Assembly: GCA_000165425.1 (NCBI GenBank)
Contig: CT868363.1
Coordinates: 1-64,000 of the forward strand
Direction: 5' to 3'
Source of the DNA: Paramecium tetraurelia
Taxonomy: Eukaryota
Length of the DNA: 64,000 nucleotides
Made by a program: the position numbers and the translations under genes. The first letter of the stretch is position 1; every line of letters starts with the position of its first letter. Below the pieces are notes generated by a model, which saw nothing but the letters and a program-made list of their open reading frames with translations, searched no databases and was not told the origin of the DNA. Positions 14,706-28,164 of the stretch are shown here, one piece after another.

Positions 14706-17237
14706 ATGGATATATAGCAATTTGAAAAAGAACTTGTACCAAAACTTTAATTCAAAGCTTCCTCAAGAATTAGTATTGAAAAAGTTTTACAAAATATATT
14801 CAAATTCTTTGATCTAAACAATGAAGGGTATTGGAAGAAGCAAGACTTTTTGAAAGCAATTCCAAAAGCAGATGTTACCATTCCAGATTAAGAAGTATAA
14901 AGTTATAATAGTATTAGTTTGGATAATAGCTTTGGATAAATTACTCTGTTGATGAAGAAGTATATTATAAAGATTTTATCAATAAAGTGGTTGGTAAACA
15001 ATAAATGGAAGAATAGGCAGATTCAAGAATTGTATAAACAGGAAGTCCATTAGAATAGTTAAGATTAAAATTACAATAGAAAGGGGCATTAGGCATTTTG
15101 AACTTAGCGATTTGCTTGCCAAATTAGGTATTAATTATTTAATGGTGAGTATATGAGTACTTCAAACTTGATTAATTAAATTAAGAGTCAATATTTGAAT
15201 CAATCAAGATAAGGAGTAGTTTCTTATGTATTTTCCACATTTGAATTGTGAGAAATCAGTCCACAATAATTGATCAATAGATTTAAATGCTGATCGACAT
15301 CCTGAAAATAAAATATTAAATAGATCTCCTAATGATGTAAGAGAAGATTTTTTATCTGGATTGAGTGTATATCTTCAACTTAGAAGAATTAGAATGTTAA
15401 CCATATAAGATTTTTTTGATTTCTATTCATATTTTGGATTTTATGTGGCCAATAACGAGATCTTTAAGACTATATTAGCCTAGGTTTTGGATCTAAATTA
15501 ACTTTAATAATAATTTCCCTAATATGGCACTCCACCAAAAAGTGTAAAATAGTAATAATTAAATGATTCTCCAGAATAATAGAACTTAATTGATAATTCT
15601 AAAAATTATGTAATAGTTGAATTTTTCACCTTCTAAAGATATACCTGTAAAATCTTATCAATAACAGTATTTACAATAAAAGGAACGATAATCTGTTTCA
15701 AAATCGGTTAAATCTCATTAATTTAACACATCATAAATATCATCTACATCTAGATAGGTTAATTTAATAGTATATTGATATCAAGAGGAGAAAGTGGGTT
15801 CACATCATTTTATAGAGTGAGTAAGATCTAAGATGCTGACATGATGGGATGTTAAATTTAACAAAATTTATAAAAGCTATTAGAGATCATAAAATAGAAG
15901 TTACAGATCCTGAAATTACTAGATTTATAGGGTTTCAAGTTTGTATTAAGAGGTGAAATGCCATAACAAAGAACTCAATTAATCAAATAACTATTTGAAA
16001 ATTATCAAACAAACGATTATGTGACATTATCAACTTTAAGAAATAAATTTCATCTTTAGGTACCACCTAGATATAAAAAATGGTAACAAAAGCGATGTGG
16101 AAATCATGTAAGACTTTTTTGAACCATTACAATAGTTATAAAATATCAATGGAGGATTTGGTCATGAAAATATTACAAAAGAAGAACTATTAGAATTCTT
16201 TAGTAATTATAGTGCTTCAATACCTGATGAAAAATATTTCGAGTAGATAATTGTGAATGTCTTCAGATTGCTATAAGATGAAAGTAAGAATCATCAAGCT
16301 GGTAGTAAACAAGTTTTTTTTAATCAGATCATAAAAGAAGTTATTTATAAGATCATCATAGTTATGTTTTACAAAGAGGAATTGTTTCTGCAAACGCACC
16401 ATTTGGAACATTTACCCAACAAGAATAATTAGCTTAATCAAGACCTTATGTTGGTTATAATTAACCAGCATCATTTAATATATTTAAACCATTGGATGAT
16501 GTCAAAAAAAAAAGGCTAATCAAAATGGATCTCAAATTTAATAAATTCCACTTTCCTAATCTTAGATTTCATTATAATCTCAGTAATAATATGAAAATCA
16601 AAAAAAAAAAGTTGGATGGTGCTAACATTTTGAGAAACAAAATCTCTTAAAGAGGATTAAGAGGTTTAATAAATATTTAGTATAGATTTTAGTTGTATGA
16701 TAAATCTCATTTGAATGCTCTATCATATTAGGAATGGAAGAATTGCTTTAAGTAATGGAGATTGGAAGTTAGTGATTAAATTTTAGATGAAGTTTTCTAA
16801 TAATTTTAAACAAATGGAATGATGAACTATAGAGGATTCGTTAAATAGATGTAAGGTACAATGAGTTTAAGGAAGTTTAACTCTGTCCAAGAAGCTTTTG
16901 AATCTCTTCCTAAGGCTACCATTGATATAGTTAAACGTAATTTAAGTTTCAGGATTTATAGAATAATTCAATGCAAAAGATCATCCTGATGCTAGAGCCA
17001 ACAGAAAAAGGGAGGATGATGTGTTATGTGAATTTATTGACACTTATGAATAATATCATATTGTTTATGTAAGAGGTTTTTTTATATTCTTAGACAGGTG
17101 GAGATTATGTCAAAAATTCCAATATAACTTTTGAAGAGGTTATTGGATATCACTATAATTTAAATTTGTTGTTTAAAGATGATATTTAATTTTAATAGTA
17201 TGTTTAATCGGTGTGGAATTTAAGGAGGTAATTCTGA
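14706..17237 (+). pseudogene. Multi-repeat calcyphosin-like EF-hand protein gene, disrupted
   Basis: FKFFDLNNEGY EF-hand; calcyphosin-type NAKDHPDARANRKREDDVLCEFIDTYE and ITKEELLEFFSNYSASIPDEKYF; in-frame TGA near 15249 and frameshifts near 15285, 16050, 16140. Confidence 0.75.
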
Positions 17238-17326
17238 TTTTAATATAAATGAATATATCATAATATAATCACACAGAACTAATTAGATGTATTTAATATA
17301 TTTTTGATATATATTATTTATTTTGA

Positions 17327-18610
17327 TCAACTTAATAGCCATAATTTAATTGTTTGGTCTACTGAACATGTGGCGAATATAAATTTATTTATTTCACATT
17401 TTAATATGAATTTGTCATGAGCATTTTCTATTTTCTTTTTTTGTTTCTATTCTTTCAAGTTCCAAACCTACATCAATATGGAATAAATACTCTAATAGTC
17501 TTGTCATCAGATACTGAAAGCATATGAACTCCATCTGGATGAAAAGAGACTCCATTGACCCAATTATCATGGCCAGATAATGTAAACAGATTCGTTCCTA
17601 AAATAGTATTCCAAATTTTAATTTCCTTGTCTCTTGACACTGAAACTAATAAGTTAATCGTTTAAATATTTTGCTGTTATTGTTGAGTAAGTATTTGCTT
17701 AGCCCCATGTTCTGGGATATACTTGACTTATTCAACTACATGTTCATGTCCACTCAATTAATGTAAAACTTATCCACTATCTATCACCCAAATATAAATC
17801 ATTTAATCTTAAGAACAGGAGGCTATTTGTTTTTCATCATTGCTAAATACAGCACATCTGACCCATTCTTAATGTTCAGAGAATGTTTTCTTGCAAAATC
17901 CTGTTGCCACTTCCCATAATTTGATATTTTTATCTCTGCTGGCGCTCAATATGAAGTCTCCATGGTCAGAAAATTACACTGTTGATACACTATGTTCGTG
18001 ACCTATGAGTGTTTTTACACACGTATGATTTTTCAATTCCCATATTTTTATTGATAAATCCTTATTATCAAATGTAATTATACACTACTAGCACTACAAA
18101 TGTACTTTCCAGTAGGATCAAATGCCAAACAATTTACATTACTTGTATGTCCTTTTAAGGTTTTTTCGAAATGACCACTTTCGTAATCCCATAATTTAAT
18201 ACTGCCATCATCGCTTGCTGAACCAAGAATTTAGTATTAAGGATGAAAAGCCACACAATTCACTCCTGCTCTATGTCCTTCTAATTTAAATTTCTCAATC
18301 GGTGTTAATCTTTATTCATCATCAGCTATATCTTAACTTTATTTGTTGTACATTTATTAAATTGTATTTTGCCAGCTTAAGCTTATGCTAATTATTCATT
18401 CAATTGTTCTACTTGCTATTCCAAAGTTATTACTCTTTTTGACAACCTTACAATAGAATTCCATTTTTTTTCCAATAAATCAGCTTCGATTTATCCATCC
18501 TTAACAGCAGCTTCAGTTTTAAACAATTGTGCACTCTATTGATAGCTTATCAATAAATATTGATGTATTGCCTAATTTAATTCATCCCTTTGTCTAGCAG
18601 TCAACACCAT
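17327..18610 (-). CDS. LIS1: LIS1/NudF dynein regulator (LisH, coiled coil, WD40)
   Basis: [41 protein letters not shown] repeats [32 protein letters not shown]; tiny introns. Confidence 0.95.
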
Positions 18611-18891
18611 AATAATAATTAAATTAATAATAATTTCAAATGGGATTCATTTCCATTTGATTTCTATATAGGCATCTCAAACCTCCAACCAATTCTGATT
18701 AATTATTCAAAAACATAATAAATATACACCCAAAATGCTATAAAATCCATCTCACCACTTTTTTTAATAAATACTTATCAAGAATGTGACTTTCAGATCT
18801 CCTCTGATGTTAGATAACATTTGATTAATCTTAATAATATAAATTGGTTAATAATATATTGGATGGTATACATAATATATGATATTGTAAC

Positions 18892-19449
18892 TCATTCTTT
18901 CTTGCTTGCTTCTTCAAAGTTTTACCCTTACACTAATACAGGAATATCATCTTCATCTTTTTGATCAGCCTCAGCAATTTTTTCAACTTTTTCCTTAATA
19001 TTTTTTTAAATTGTGTACCTTAGACTAATTTTCTTTCATTAATTCTTAAAGAAGACCCATTTAGTTTGGACCAATATGATTCAAAATCTCTGGCATCAAC
19101 TCTGCAAACTTTTTAGTTTCTGGATTTCCAAAAATGGCAAATGTATTGCTTCCAATAGCTGCTTGGACTTCTGGTTTTGAAAAGTGAATAATTGTATTAT
19201 CATCTTTGAAAAAGTTGACTTCATCAATATTCCCTAATTGTTGTACTCCAAATTTCTTGATAACTTATTTAAGCTTCTTATCGTCATTTATCTATAATGA
19301 TTATTTCCATTACGTACTTAAGTTTAGTGAACATTTTTATGCTTTCTTCTGGCCAAAGTGCTGCCCATTTTTGTTTGTCCAAATTTTTCAGCTAATTTCT
19401 TTCTGTTCTCTTCAAGTTCTGCCTTGATTTATTCCTTATTGTTGGACAT
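18892..19449 (-). CDS. BTF3: Nascent polypeptide-associated complex beta subunit
   Basis: DDKKLKQVIKKFGVQQLGNIDEVNFFKDDNTIIHFSKPEVQAAIGSNTFAIFG, ELMPEILNHIG, C-terminal DDIPVLVQGQNFEE; two introns. Confidence 0.95.
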
Positions 19450-19666
19450 TGTTTGTTTTTATTTAAATTTAAAGATTTAATTTTTTAATGACTCTCTATA
19501 TATACCCTCATTTATAATAACTATTTTATATATGCAATTATTATGCCTTGATTATTATTCATTATGTATTCTTCTACTCTTACAAACACAAAATCAAGTG
19601 AGTAATATTTATTAAACTTATATAATATAACTATACAATAACATTTTATTTTTTAATTATCATAAA

Positions 19667-20039
19667 ATGGCAACAGGTAATCTTAACAATTATGCATAGG
19701 TGGATAAATTCTTAGGTATAATGGTGGTACCTGCTACGCTATGTGTTAAGATGTATTTTCATGGTATAACCCATCAATCTAAATCTGTTGGAAGGGATGC
19801 GATTATGCTACTGGCAGAGTAAATGATCCTGTTTTGAGAAAAGAAGCTGAAGACATGTGCAAAAGATATACTGCTGAAGCCATGTGGACAAAAAAAGGAG
19901 AATTAGGTATCATAATTATTTGCAATTCAAATTTATAGATCACATCGAAGATTTAAGAATTCATGCTGATATGTTTCCAGAAAATCCAAGAAATATATAT
20001 AGAGCTTGTTTGGCTGGGGTTCGTAGATAAAAATATTGA
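19667..20039 (+). CDS. Small 105-aa Cys-containing protein (twin Cx3C), function unknown
   Basis: MATGGQILRYNGGTCYAMCQDVFSWYNPSIQICWKGCDYATGRV...RACLAGVRRQKY TGA after removing introns 19677-19699 and 19907-19938. Confidence 0.85.
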
Positions 20040-20093
20040 ATCATTATAACAATATAAAAAATAATAATAGTATCATAAGATAAATAATAATTA

Positions 20094-20508
20094 ATGTTTT
20101 CTCATCAATCACTTAATTCCAAAGATAGTTTAGATGAATTTCTACCTATGTTTCACAACAAAGATAATAACAAAGCCATCTTGTATCAATAAGAATAGAA
20201 CATAATCAAATACTTAAAACAAATAGGCCTTGTCATGAAAACTGATCCACTAAAAAAATAACAAGAACACTTCTAGTAATATTTTATAATACTCTTTTAT
20301 TAGAAAATCGAAAATATTTGAAGTCTTCGTATCGAAAACTGAAAATGATGGTTCGGATGAAGAGGAAAGAATCTTATCAACCAATGAAGTAAGCCCCTCA
20401 GAAGTGAATCAAAATGAATTTTGCATTTTTAACAATCCACTAATTTAAAAAGGAAGGAAGCTAGAGTTAGAAAGAAAGCATTCGTTTGAGAACTTGGATC
20501 TTTAGTGA
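20094..20508 (+). CDS. Hypothetical protein
   Basis: MFSHQSLNSKDSLDEFLP...IIKYLKQIGLVMKTDPL...HSFENLDLQ TGA; one tiny intron near 20276-20303. Confidence 0.7.
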
Positions 20509-22526
20509 AGCCTTATGACTCTTATATAATTAAATGCTTATACAATTTAGATATAATATCGTTTTATTATTATTTGATTTCAAAATAAGTTACTTGTAAC
20601 AATAATATAATGGTTCAGCTAATTAAATTCAAATATCAGTCACATCCCTTCAGTTTTTAATTAACTATAGTATTGTTTCTAAACAATTTTATTAAAGAAC
20701 CCTATTTAAATCTTCCTTAGAAATCTATAAAATAGTTGCAAATATTCTAACAAAAAATAAAGAATTCTAATCTCTATCTCATATTAAGAAGAGTGACAGG
20801 CCTTTCAATATTCATATATCTACTTTCAATATTGTAAATGAAAATAAATTGATTAAATCAGTGAGTTTTATTGTTTAATAAGCAAAATTAATAATATTAT
20901 GCAGAAGGAATCCTTAACAGATAGTTATTTTTTCTTTTCATTTAGTTTTAACCATGATTTTAGTTAAACATCTAGTACTTATTACATAAACTGTATAAAT
21001 TTTATATATAAGGTTTCCAATATAATCAATATTTTAAATCATAAATTTAATGTAAATATTCTTTAATTAGAGACTAAGTTCAGAATAAAAATCTTCTTTT
21101 TATTCTTCATAATTCTTATTTTGTTACAAAGCAATTGGGAGTATGATCTTAAAAAAATTTAACCTCTATTCATTAGCTTTTAATAATTATTGAAGTAACA
21201 AAATTTTAAGAATTGACAACAAGTATTCAATTTGTCCAGAAATAGAAGCTGTATTTAAATTAACATAAGAACAGACTTCTGCATACTAGTTTCAGTTATT
21301 ATTGTTATTTGAATTTATTTCTGAGTTTTAGAAATCCTTAAATACTAATTACTTCCTCATAAATGTATTCTATTATATGAAGTCTAGTTAATCTATATAT
21401 TTGAGTTAAATTGCTTTAATGATTAGCAATTCTAAATAAAATATTCGAATAATATCTTTACTGATAAAGAAAAATCTGTATTTAAATTATAATAATTATT
21501 TGAATAGTTTTTACTCCCCTTTAATAAGATGTCTTTAGAGGTTTTACGTTTGCTGATCAATTGGTATGCAGTAATTTATTCATTACTCATATGAAATATA
21601 TAAAAATTAATATATAAAAAATTGATAATTAGAGGAATGTATAATTTAGATTCTTAAATTTCTAACATTTAAATTTAATCTATTCAGTTGTGTTCATAAT
21701 CATATGATTTTGTCTCAATTTCATCAAGATGAAATAGAACAAGATTCTGGAATTTTATTATCAAAGCATGTAATAATTGTCTAATATATTTTCTTTTTGG
21801 ATTTATATTCTATATTTAATTCTGAGCTACTATATAGTTCTTTGCATTACACGACTTTATATTTATAGAATTCAATTCATTTTATGAATTAAAGTTAAAT
21901 AACTTAGAAATTTTTCATTTCATACGTGGTTCATTATATTTTTTTTGTGGAGACTGGTTTTATTGATTTTATTATTTAAGAAACAATAATTTGTTTGAGA
22001 ATAGAAACAAAATTAAATACAAATATAATTTCAGTTATCCTCTGTGTTATGAGATTCTGAAAGTTGTTAGGTAGTGTTCATAGTTATTGCTATTATAATT
22101 TTAAAATTAGTTTGACATTCACTCTTTTCTTTTAACTATCTGGAATCAGATTAAGATTGTAGATTCTTATAAAATAGGGTTTCAGAAATGATAATAAATG
22201 TGAGTTATCTTTTTGAACTTTATCCTTAACTAGCGTGTGGAATATTATTGCTTACAAATCCTTTATACCTAACTATTATCATTCTTACAATGTTAAGTAT
22301 CATATTATTTTTGCCATAGATTAAGATTTGGTTAAATTATTATTATGTTGATCATGTATTTCATTTTGGAGATTTCAGTTAATAAAAAATAAGTTGAATT
22401 GAGAATGATAAAATGAAAAGTCGAAAGGTGGAGATTGGTTACTTTGATATTGGCAATTTGATGTTGGACAATGTGAACTTAGGATGTAAATGAATAAGGC
22501 ATTATTAAAATATATTTTGATTTTAT

Positions 22527-22910
22527 TCAAGCAACAATGCTGCAACCGGTAGCTTTAATTCTTGAATCTTATCCAGCTGGTATGTAGAATGAAACCTTAA
22601 CAGTTCTGGTTTAATCACCTTTCTAAACCTTACCATAAATGCTGTAGTTGAATCCAGAAACGACTTATGTATCGACTTATGTTGTCTATTTCCACACAAA
22701 ACCATTGAGTCCACATAGTTCTAAACACGTTAAACACAGTTCAATACCTTAAAATTCTTCTTTGGCCATGGCTGCAGCTCTTCTGTATTTCATAACATCG
22801 CTTTCTTATTTGTTTGAACTTGTATTTTTCTTACCAACTGCAGGGTCTTATTGATCTAATCTAGCTGAAATTGTAATCAAGAATAAGGTGAAAATAACCA
22901 ACTTAAGCAT
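22527..22910 (-). CDS. Secreted cystatin-like cysteine protease inhibitor
   Basis: Signal peptide MLKLVIFTLFLITISA, N-terminal Gly (PAVG), TQVVSGFNY (QxVxG motif), distal YIP; candidate 27-nt intron 22721-22747. Confidence 0.8.
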
Positions 22911-22929
22911 GTGTATGTTAATAATATTA

Positions 22930-24755
22930 ATGTCTTAATAACCTTTAATTGAAATTCCAACGCTGACTTAAAATGATAACAACCAATAATAAGCGCAGAA
23001 AAATAAACCAAGCAAAGTTTCAAAATAATAGAGCTTAGATCATTTATCTGTTCATAGTTTTAAAAGTGGATTAACATATATAAGAGATTCTTGGAAGAGT
23101 GGAATGGCTTAAGCAATATTAAATATGCCATTTCATTTAACAATAGGAAGCAGTTCAGGTTGTAATGCTTCTGTTGGCATTACTACAGCATTCATAGCTG
23201 CATTCACAAATGGGTTTTTTAGTGGAAGTATATAATTAAGATTTATTAGGTAATCACTCTATCTATATGCCATCTTGGGTAGTTATTGGATTAAACTATT
23301 AATTAGTGAAGACTTATGGTGTTGAAGTTATGCCTTGGATCACAATAATAGTAGGAATCTAAATTTATATAGCAGGACTATTAAAGTGGCATCATTTATC
23401 AGATTTCATTCCAGTTTATGTTATTGAAGGATTTTTGCTGGGTATTGCAAGTTTATTTTTCTTTTCTTATAGTGATTACATGTTTGGATTAACTGATAAT
23501 CATTCTAATAGGGGAGTGGAACTTTATTCTTCTTACTATGACATGTTAAAGTCTTTTATAGAGAGAGGAGATATAAATTATTTGATTGGAGCATGGTGTG
23601 TTTTCCTCTTTTTGTAGATGGGTAGGATACTCTTTAGATAATTTCCATGGATATTTATAACAACTTTGACTGGATTAACCTTGGGAATAGTATATCCAAC
23701 TGAAAAATGTTTGAGATCTGCATATGGAGAAGTCACAATCTATTTTGATTTTATCGAATATGATGGCCCTAAATTTCATCCAGACTTTTAAGTGGTTAGT
23801 CATCTTATAACTGAAGCTATTCCAATTACACTTTTTATTTTGATATAAAATCAGTTCTGTGCAAGGGCAGGTTAATCTTTAAGTGGAGTTAAATGCGATT
23901 ATGATCAGGAAATCTAATGCGTTTCAACGGCAAATATTTTAAGTGGCATTTTTGGTGGATTACCTTGTTGTGCATCTTCAAGAATGTACATTCTGGATAT
24001 CAAATTACGTAAAACAAATCAATGGTCCTCCATTCTTAACGCCTTTTCAATACTTTTCTTCTATGGAGTTTTTAGTAAGGTTTTCATGGATATACCCTTC
24101 TACATTATAAGTGGTCAATTGTTGTACATGATTATCAATATACCACCATGGCATTATTATGTTAACTTATATAGAACCTAGAGAAAATTAATCTTATTCT
24201 ATATTTTTTGTATTGCTTGGTTATGCGTTAATTATGGAGCCATTTAAAGCACTCTAATTGGAAGCATGCATGCTCTTATCATATTTGCTCAAAAAATGAG
24301 CTTGCCTTCTGCAGAAGTAATGACCAATCAAAAGGATGGAGTTTATTAGATAAATTTAAGAGACACCAATCTTCACGAATTTGAGGAGGAATGCAATGAC
24401 ATACCTCCAAATATAGAAGGAACCTATACTGTCTATAGGTTTAACGGAGCCTTGAATTATATCAACATTAAAGGACATATTGATTAAATCAAAGAATTGG
24501 CAAAGACTGATATTTTCATTCTCAGTTTTAGATATGTTTGTGTAATCGATTTTTAAGCTGTTGATAGCTTGGCCATTATTATAGATAATATGAGAAGTAT
24601 TATATTGTTTAAAGATAGAAAATAGCACTTAAGTTTTTGTAACTGGATTGCATCCTGGAATGTTGGAATAATTGAGTGAGAATAGTATATTTAAAGAGTA
24701 TTTTATTAACGAAAACCACATGTTCCATCAAATAGATAAATTACCTCATTAGTGA
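22930..24755 (+). CDS. SulP/SLC26-family anion transporter with C-terminal STAS domain
   Basis: GFFSGSNHSI, FIPVYVIEGFLLG, DYDQEIQCVSTANILSGIFGGLPC, STAS-like VYRFNGALNYIN...IFILSFRYVCVIDFQAVDSL. Confidence 0.88.
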
Positions 24756-24833
24756 AAATCAATTGTTATTAAGTTTATAAAAATATTAATAAGCAGATAA
24801 AGATTGATTTATAATCTTAATATGAATATATCT

Positions 24834-27800
24834 TCACATTCTTTAATGACTTTATTATATACTTCTTACTGTGACATAATCCTAATTTTCAGTTTTTCTA
24901 TTTCTTTGTCTTGTAGTTGATTTTCCTTCTTAATCTACTTGCTAAAGTATCATCCATTTTATCCTCGGTAATAATATCTTCTCTGAAAAGTTCAACCCTT
25001 TGACAGAAATTTTCAGGAATGACTAATTTGACAAGAGCCAAAAATATAATGCTACCTATTCCAAATCCGATGCAAAGTATATGTTGTTAAACAGTTAAAT
25101 GAGACACCTTAACAAATTTACCACCATATTAAATTAAGATGCATTAGATTATCAAAGTGAATGTCTAGACACCCCAAAATAGAGGATTGTTGCATGCATT
25201 AGTAAAAGGGTTGATAGTTTTGTAATCGAGTTATCTGCATGTAATTGAATTAAAAACTTGCATAACGACAAAAGTTTAGAAAAATATACTCATTTACACT
25301 ACATTCTTATGGAACTTAATTGATAACATTTATATATTACTTTTTATCCTTCTAACTCTTAAGGCATTGACAAATCCATATATTTTGGAAGAACAAACAA
25401 GATGCCACACAGAACAGCAATCTGATAGACAGATCCTCCTACGATGGTTCTATTCATGGTTGGAGATACAATTTTATCCTCTCTCTTGTATGGTTGTCTT
25501 TCAAGCACTGTGATATTGGGAGGTTCAGTTGCTAATGCTAAGGAAGCAAAGGTGTCCATAATAAGATTAACCCAGAGCATTTCAATAGTATTTAATGGAG
25601 ATTCTTTTAGAACAACAGCACCCAAAAAGGACATGAATAAAGCCACAAGGTTTACAGTTAATTGAAATTGGATAAATTTCCTAATACAGTCGTAAATATT
25701 TCTGCCCCATTTCATAGCTAAATTTACAAATAATAAATACCTGTGATTATGGAACTGAAATTATCATCTAATAAGATAATATCAGCAGCCATCCTTGGCA
25801 ACATCAGAACCAGTGATACCCATAGCAAATCCTACATCTGCTTTTTTTAAGGCTGGTGCATCATTAGTACCATCACCAGTGACTGCAATAACATTACCTT
25901 CAGCAATCAATCCAGTAACCAAAATGTATTTATCTTCAGGTGATGCTCTTGCCATAACCTTCATGTCTCTGGCAACCACTTTAAAATTTTCTTTATTTCC
26001 TACTTCTTTGATTTCATTTCCATCCTTGTCTTTACTTGTTTTGAGTCCTCCTACAAATTCTCTGAAAAACTTGCCCTCCATTACTTCATATTGTCCCGGT
26101 TGTTTGTTACTTTGAAGAATTCCGCATTCTTTAGCTATGGCTGTGGCAGTCAATATATTATCACCAGTAACCATTCTAACAGTAACTCCAGATGAATGAC
26201 ATTATTTGATTGAATTTGGTACATCTGGTCTTATTGGATCTTTGATTCCTGCAATTGCAACTAGTACTAAATCTTTATCTAAATCATCCTCTTAGATTGA
26301 TTAGGTGTATTTAGTAAGTTAAGGAATTTATCCTAATACACTTGAATTTTAAGAATGAGGATCGAGATCTCTATAAGCAATGGCTATTGTTCTTAAGGAT
26401 TCTGAGGCAAATTTTTAGATTACATCATTATAGATTTAATTTCTTGCATTCTAGTCTAATAATTATTCAACACCATTAGCTCCTACCATTTTGATGCATT
26501 GATTTAATACAATTTCAGAAGCACCCTTAGTATACACTCTAACAAATTGAGTTTTTGGATTATATACTGCAGTACTCATCTTCTTTCTCTTGCTATTGAA
26601 TGGGATTTATCTAAGGATTTTATCACTAGGTCTATATTATGAAAAGTTGTAGTTGAAATTATCGGCACACTCTAACAAAGCACATTCAGTCTTATTACCA
26701 ATTTAAATCCACTTATTTGTTACTTTATCCTTTTATGGGAATGCATTTGAATTGTAGCATATACTTTCACACATCAATTCAACGGTATTCTTATTCAGTT
26801 TAGATTTAATCGTATGGACATCATTCTATATAGTATTCCTTTCAACATACAAGGCAGTTACTTGCATGATATTTTGGGTTAATGTGCCGGTCTTATCACT
26901 ACATATGTTATTGGCTCCACCCATTATTTCACAAGATGATAGATTCTTAACCAAATTTTATTCATCTTTCATTTTTCCAACTGAATATGCCAATGCTATT
27001 GTAACAGCCAAGGGTAAACCTTCAGGTACAGCCACAACAATAATGGTTACAGAAATCATAAATGATTCCACTATCACTTATAAGGTCTTAAGACTTTTGA
27101 ATTGTATCTGACCTAAATAGATGTCATATCCAAGATGTCCCATTAAAGCAAAGAATGTAAAGATTGATACAATAACTCCCAATTTTCCTATATCTGAAGC
27201 CACTCCTTCTAATTTCTATTATAATGGAGTTGGTGGATTGTCTTGAATCAACAATTTTTTTAACTGTCCAGAGATTGTATTCTAACCAACAGCTAGAACT
27301 AGCATTTAGGCTGTTCCATCTAAGCATTTAGTTCCTGATATTAAAAATGGACTAGTGTGACCTCTGGCAGCATCTTGATTCAAATTATTATTGTTTTTAT
27401 TGTGCCATTTCTTGATATGGTAATTTTTTTATTTCATCACTTTCTCCAGTCATTGCTGACTCATCCATTTTAACTGCACTTCCTTATATCATCAAACCTA
27501 TTATAATAATACACTTATTCTGTTACCATCTACAACAAATAGATCCCCTAAATTAAATAATAGAATGTCTCCAACAACGAGATCTTTGGTTGCAATTTCA
27601 GTTACCTTATTTCCTCTTATTACTTGACATTTCCCATCATCCAATCTTCTTCTCAACTACCTGAATTGTTTTTCTTTCAAATAATTATTTCCTGCAGTGA
27701 TCGAAATGATCAAAAATATTGCAAAGAAAATAGTTGCTCTATTTTTATTAATAATTCACTTACCCTTCTGTCCAACCTGTTGCCAATCCTTCATTTATTA

Positions 27801-28164
27801 TTCCAATTACTGTTGACACAAGTGCTGCTAGCAATAAAATTCTAAGCATCGTGTCCTCCAGGCATTCCATGATCAATTCACAAAGGGTTGTTGGTTCTTT
27901 CTCCACTGGAATATTGTCGCCAAAACTTTCTCTATTCCTTTACACATCTGCTTCTGTCCCAAGTCCTTACTAAAACTCTCAGGGTATTGATACTTTTATA
28001 TCAGAATTCAACTTCCGAGCCAAACCATAGTCATCTCCAAGAGATTTTACTTTGTTCATACTCTGCCCATCATTTATTTTGTTTAAGATAAACAAATCAG
28101 TAAGATCTTCAACGCTCAAAAGAGAAAGCCTTCCTTCTATATCCTACTGCTGTTAATATTTCAT
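24834..28164 (-). CDS. PMCA: Plasma-membrane-type Ca2+ P-type ATPase (P2B); three 1-nt insertions in this sequence
   Basis: [69 protein letters not shown]; frame breaks at ~27383, ~25790, ~24922. Confidence 0.95.

Noticed and set aside
15245..15255. In-frame TGA as selenocysteine or readthrough in the calcyphosin-like gene
   Set aside because: Not a redox motif, and accompanied by frameshifts; decay is simpler
18630..18820. Small minus-strand ORF MLSNIRGDLKVTFL between LIS1 and BTF3
   Set aside because: Stops after 22 codons unless an indel is assumed; no motif
20520..22500. Gene in the 2-kb AT-rich interval
   Set aside because: Only short broken frames; at most an unidentifiable relic
25444..27111. 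Plus-strand ORFs in the track overlapping PMCA (and similar ones over the MORN and MAPK genes)
   Set aside because: Antisense shadows of the real genes
24834..28164. Euplotes-style programmed +1 frameshifting in PMCA
   Set aside because: Sites share no AAA-stop motif, and TAA/TAG are sense codons here
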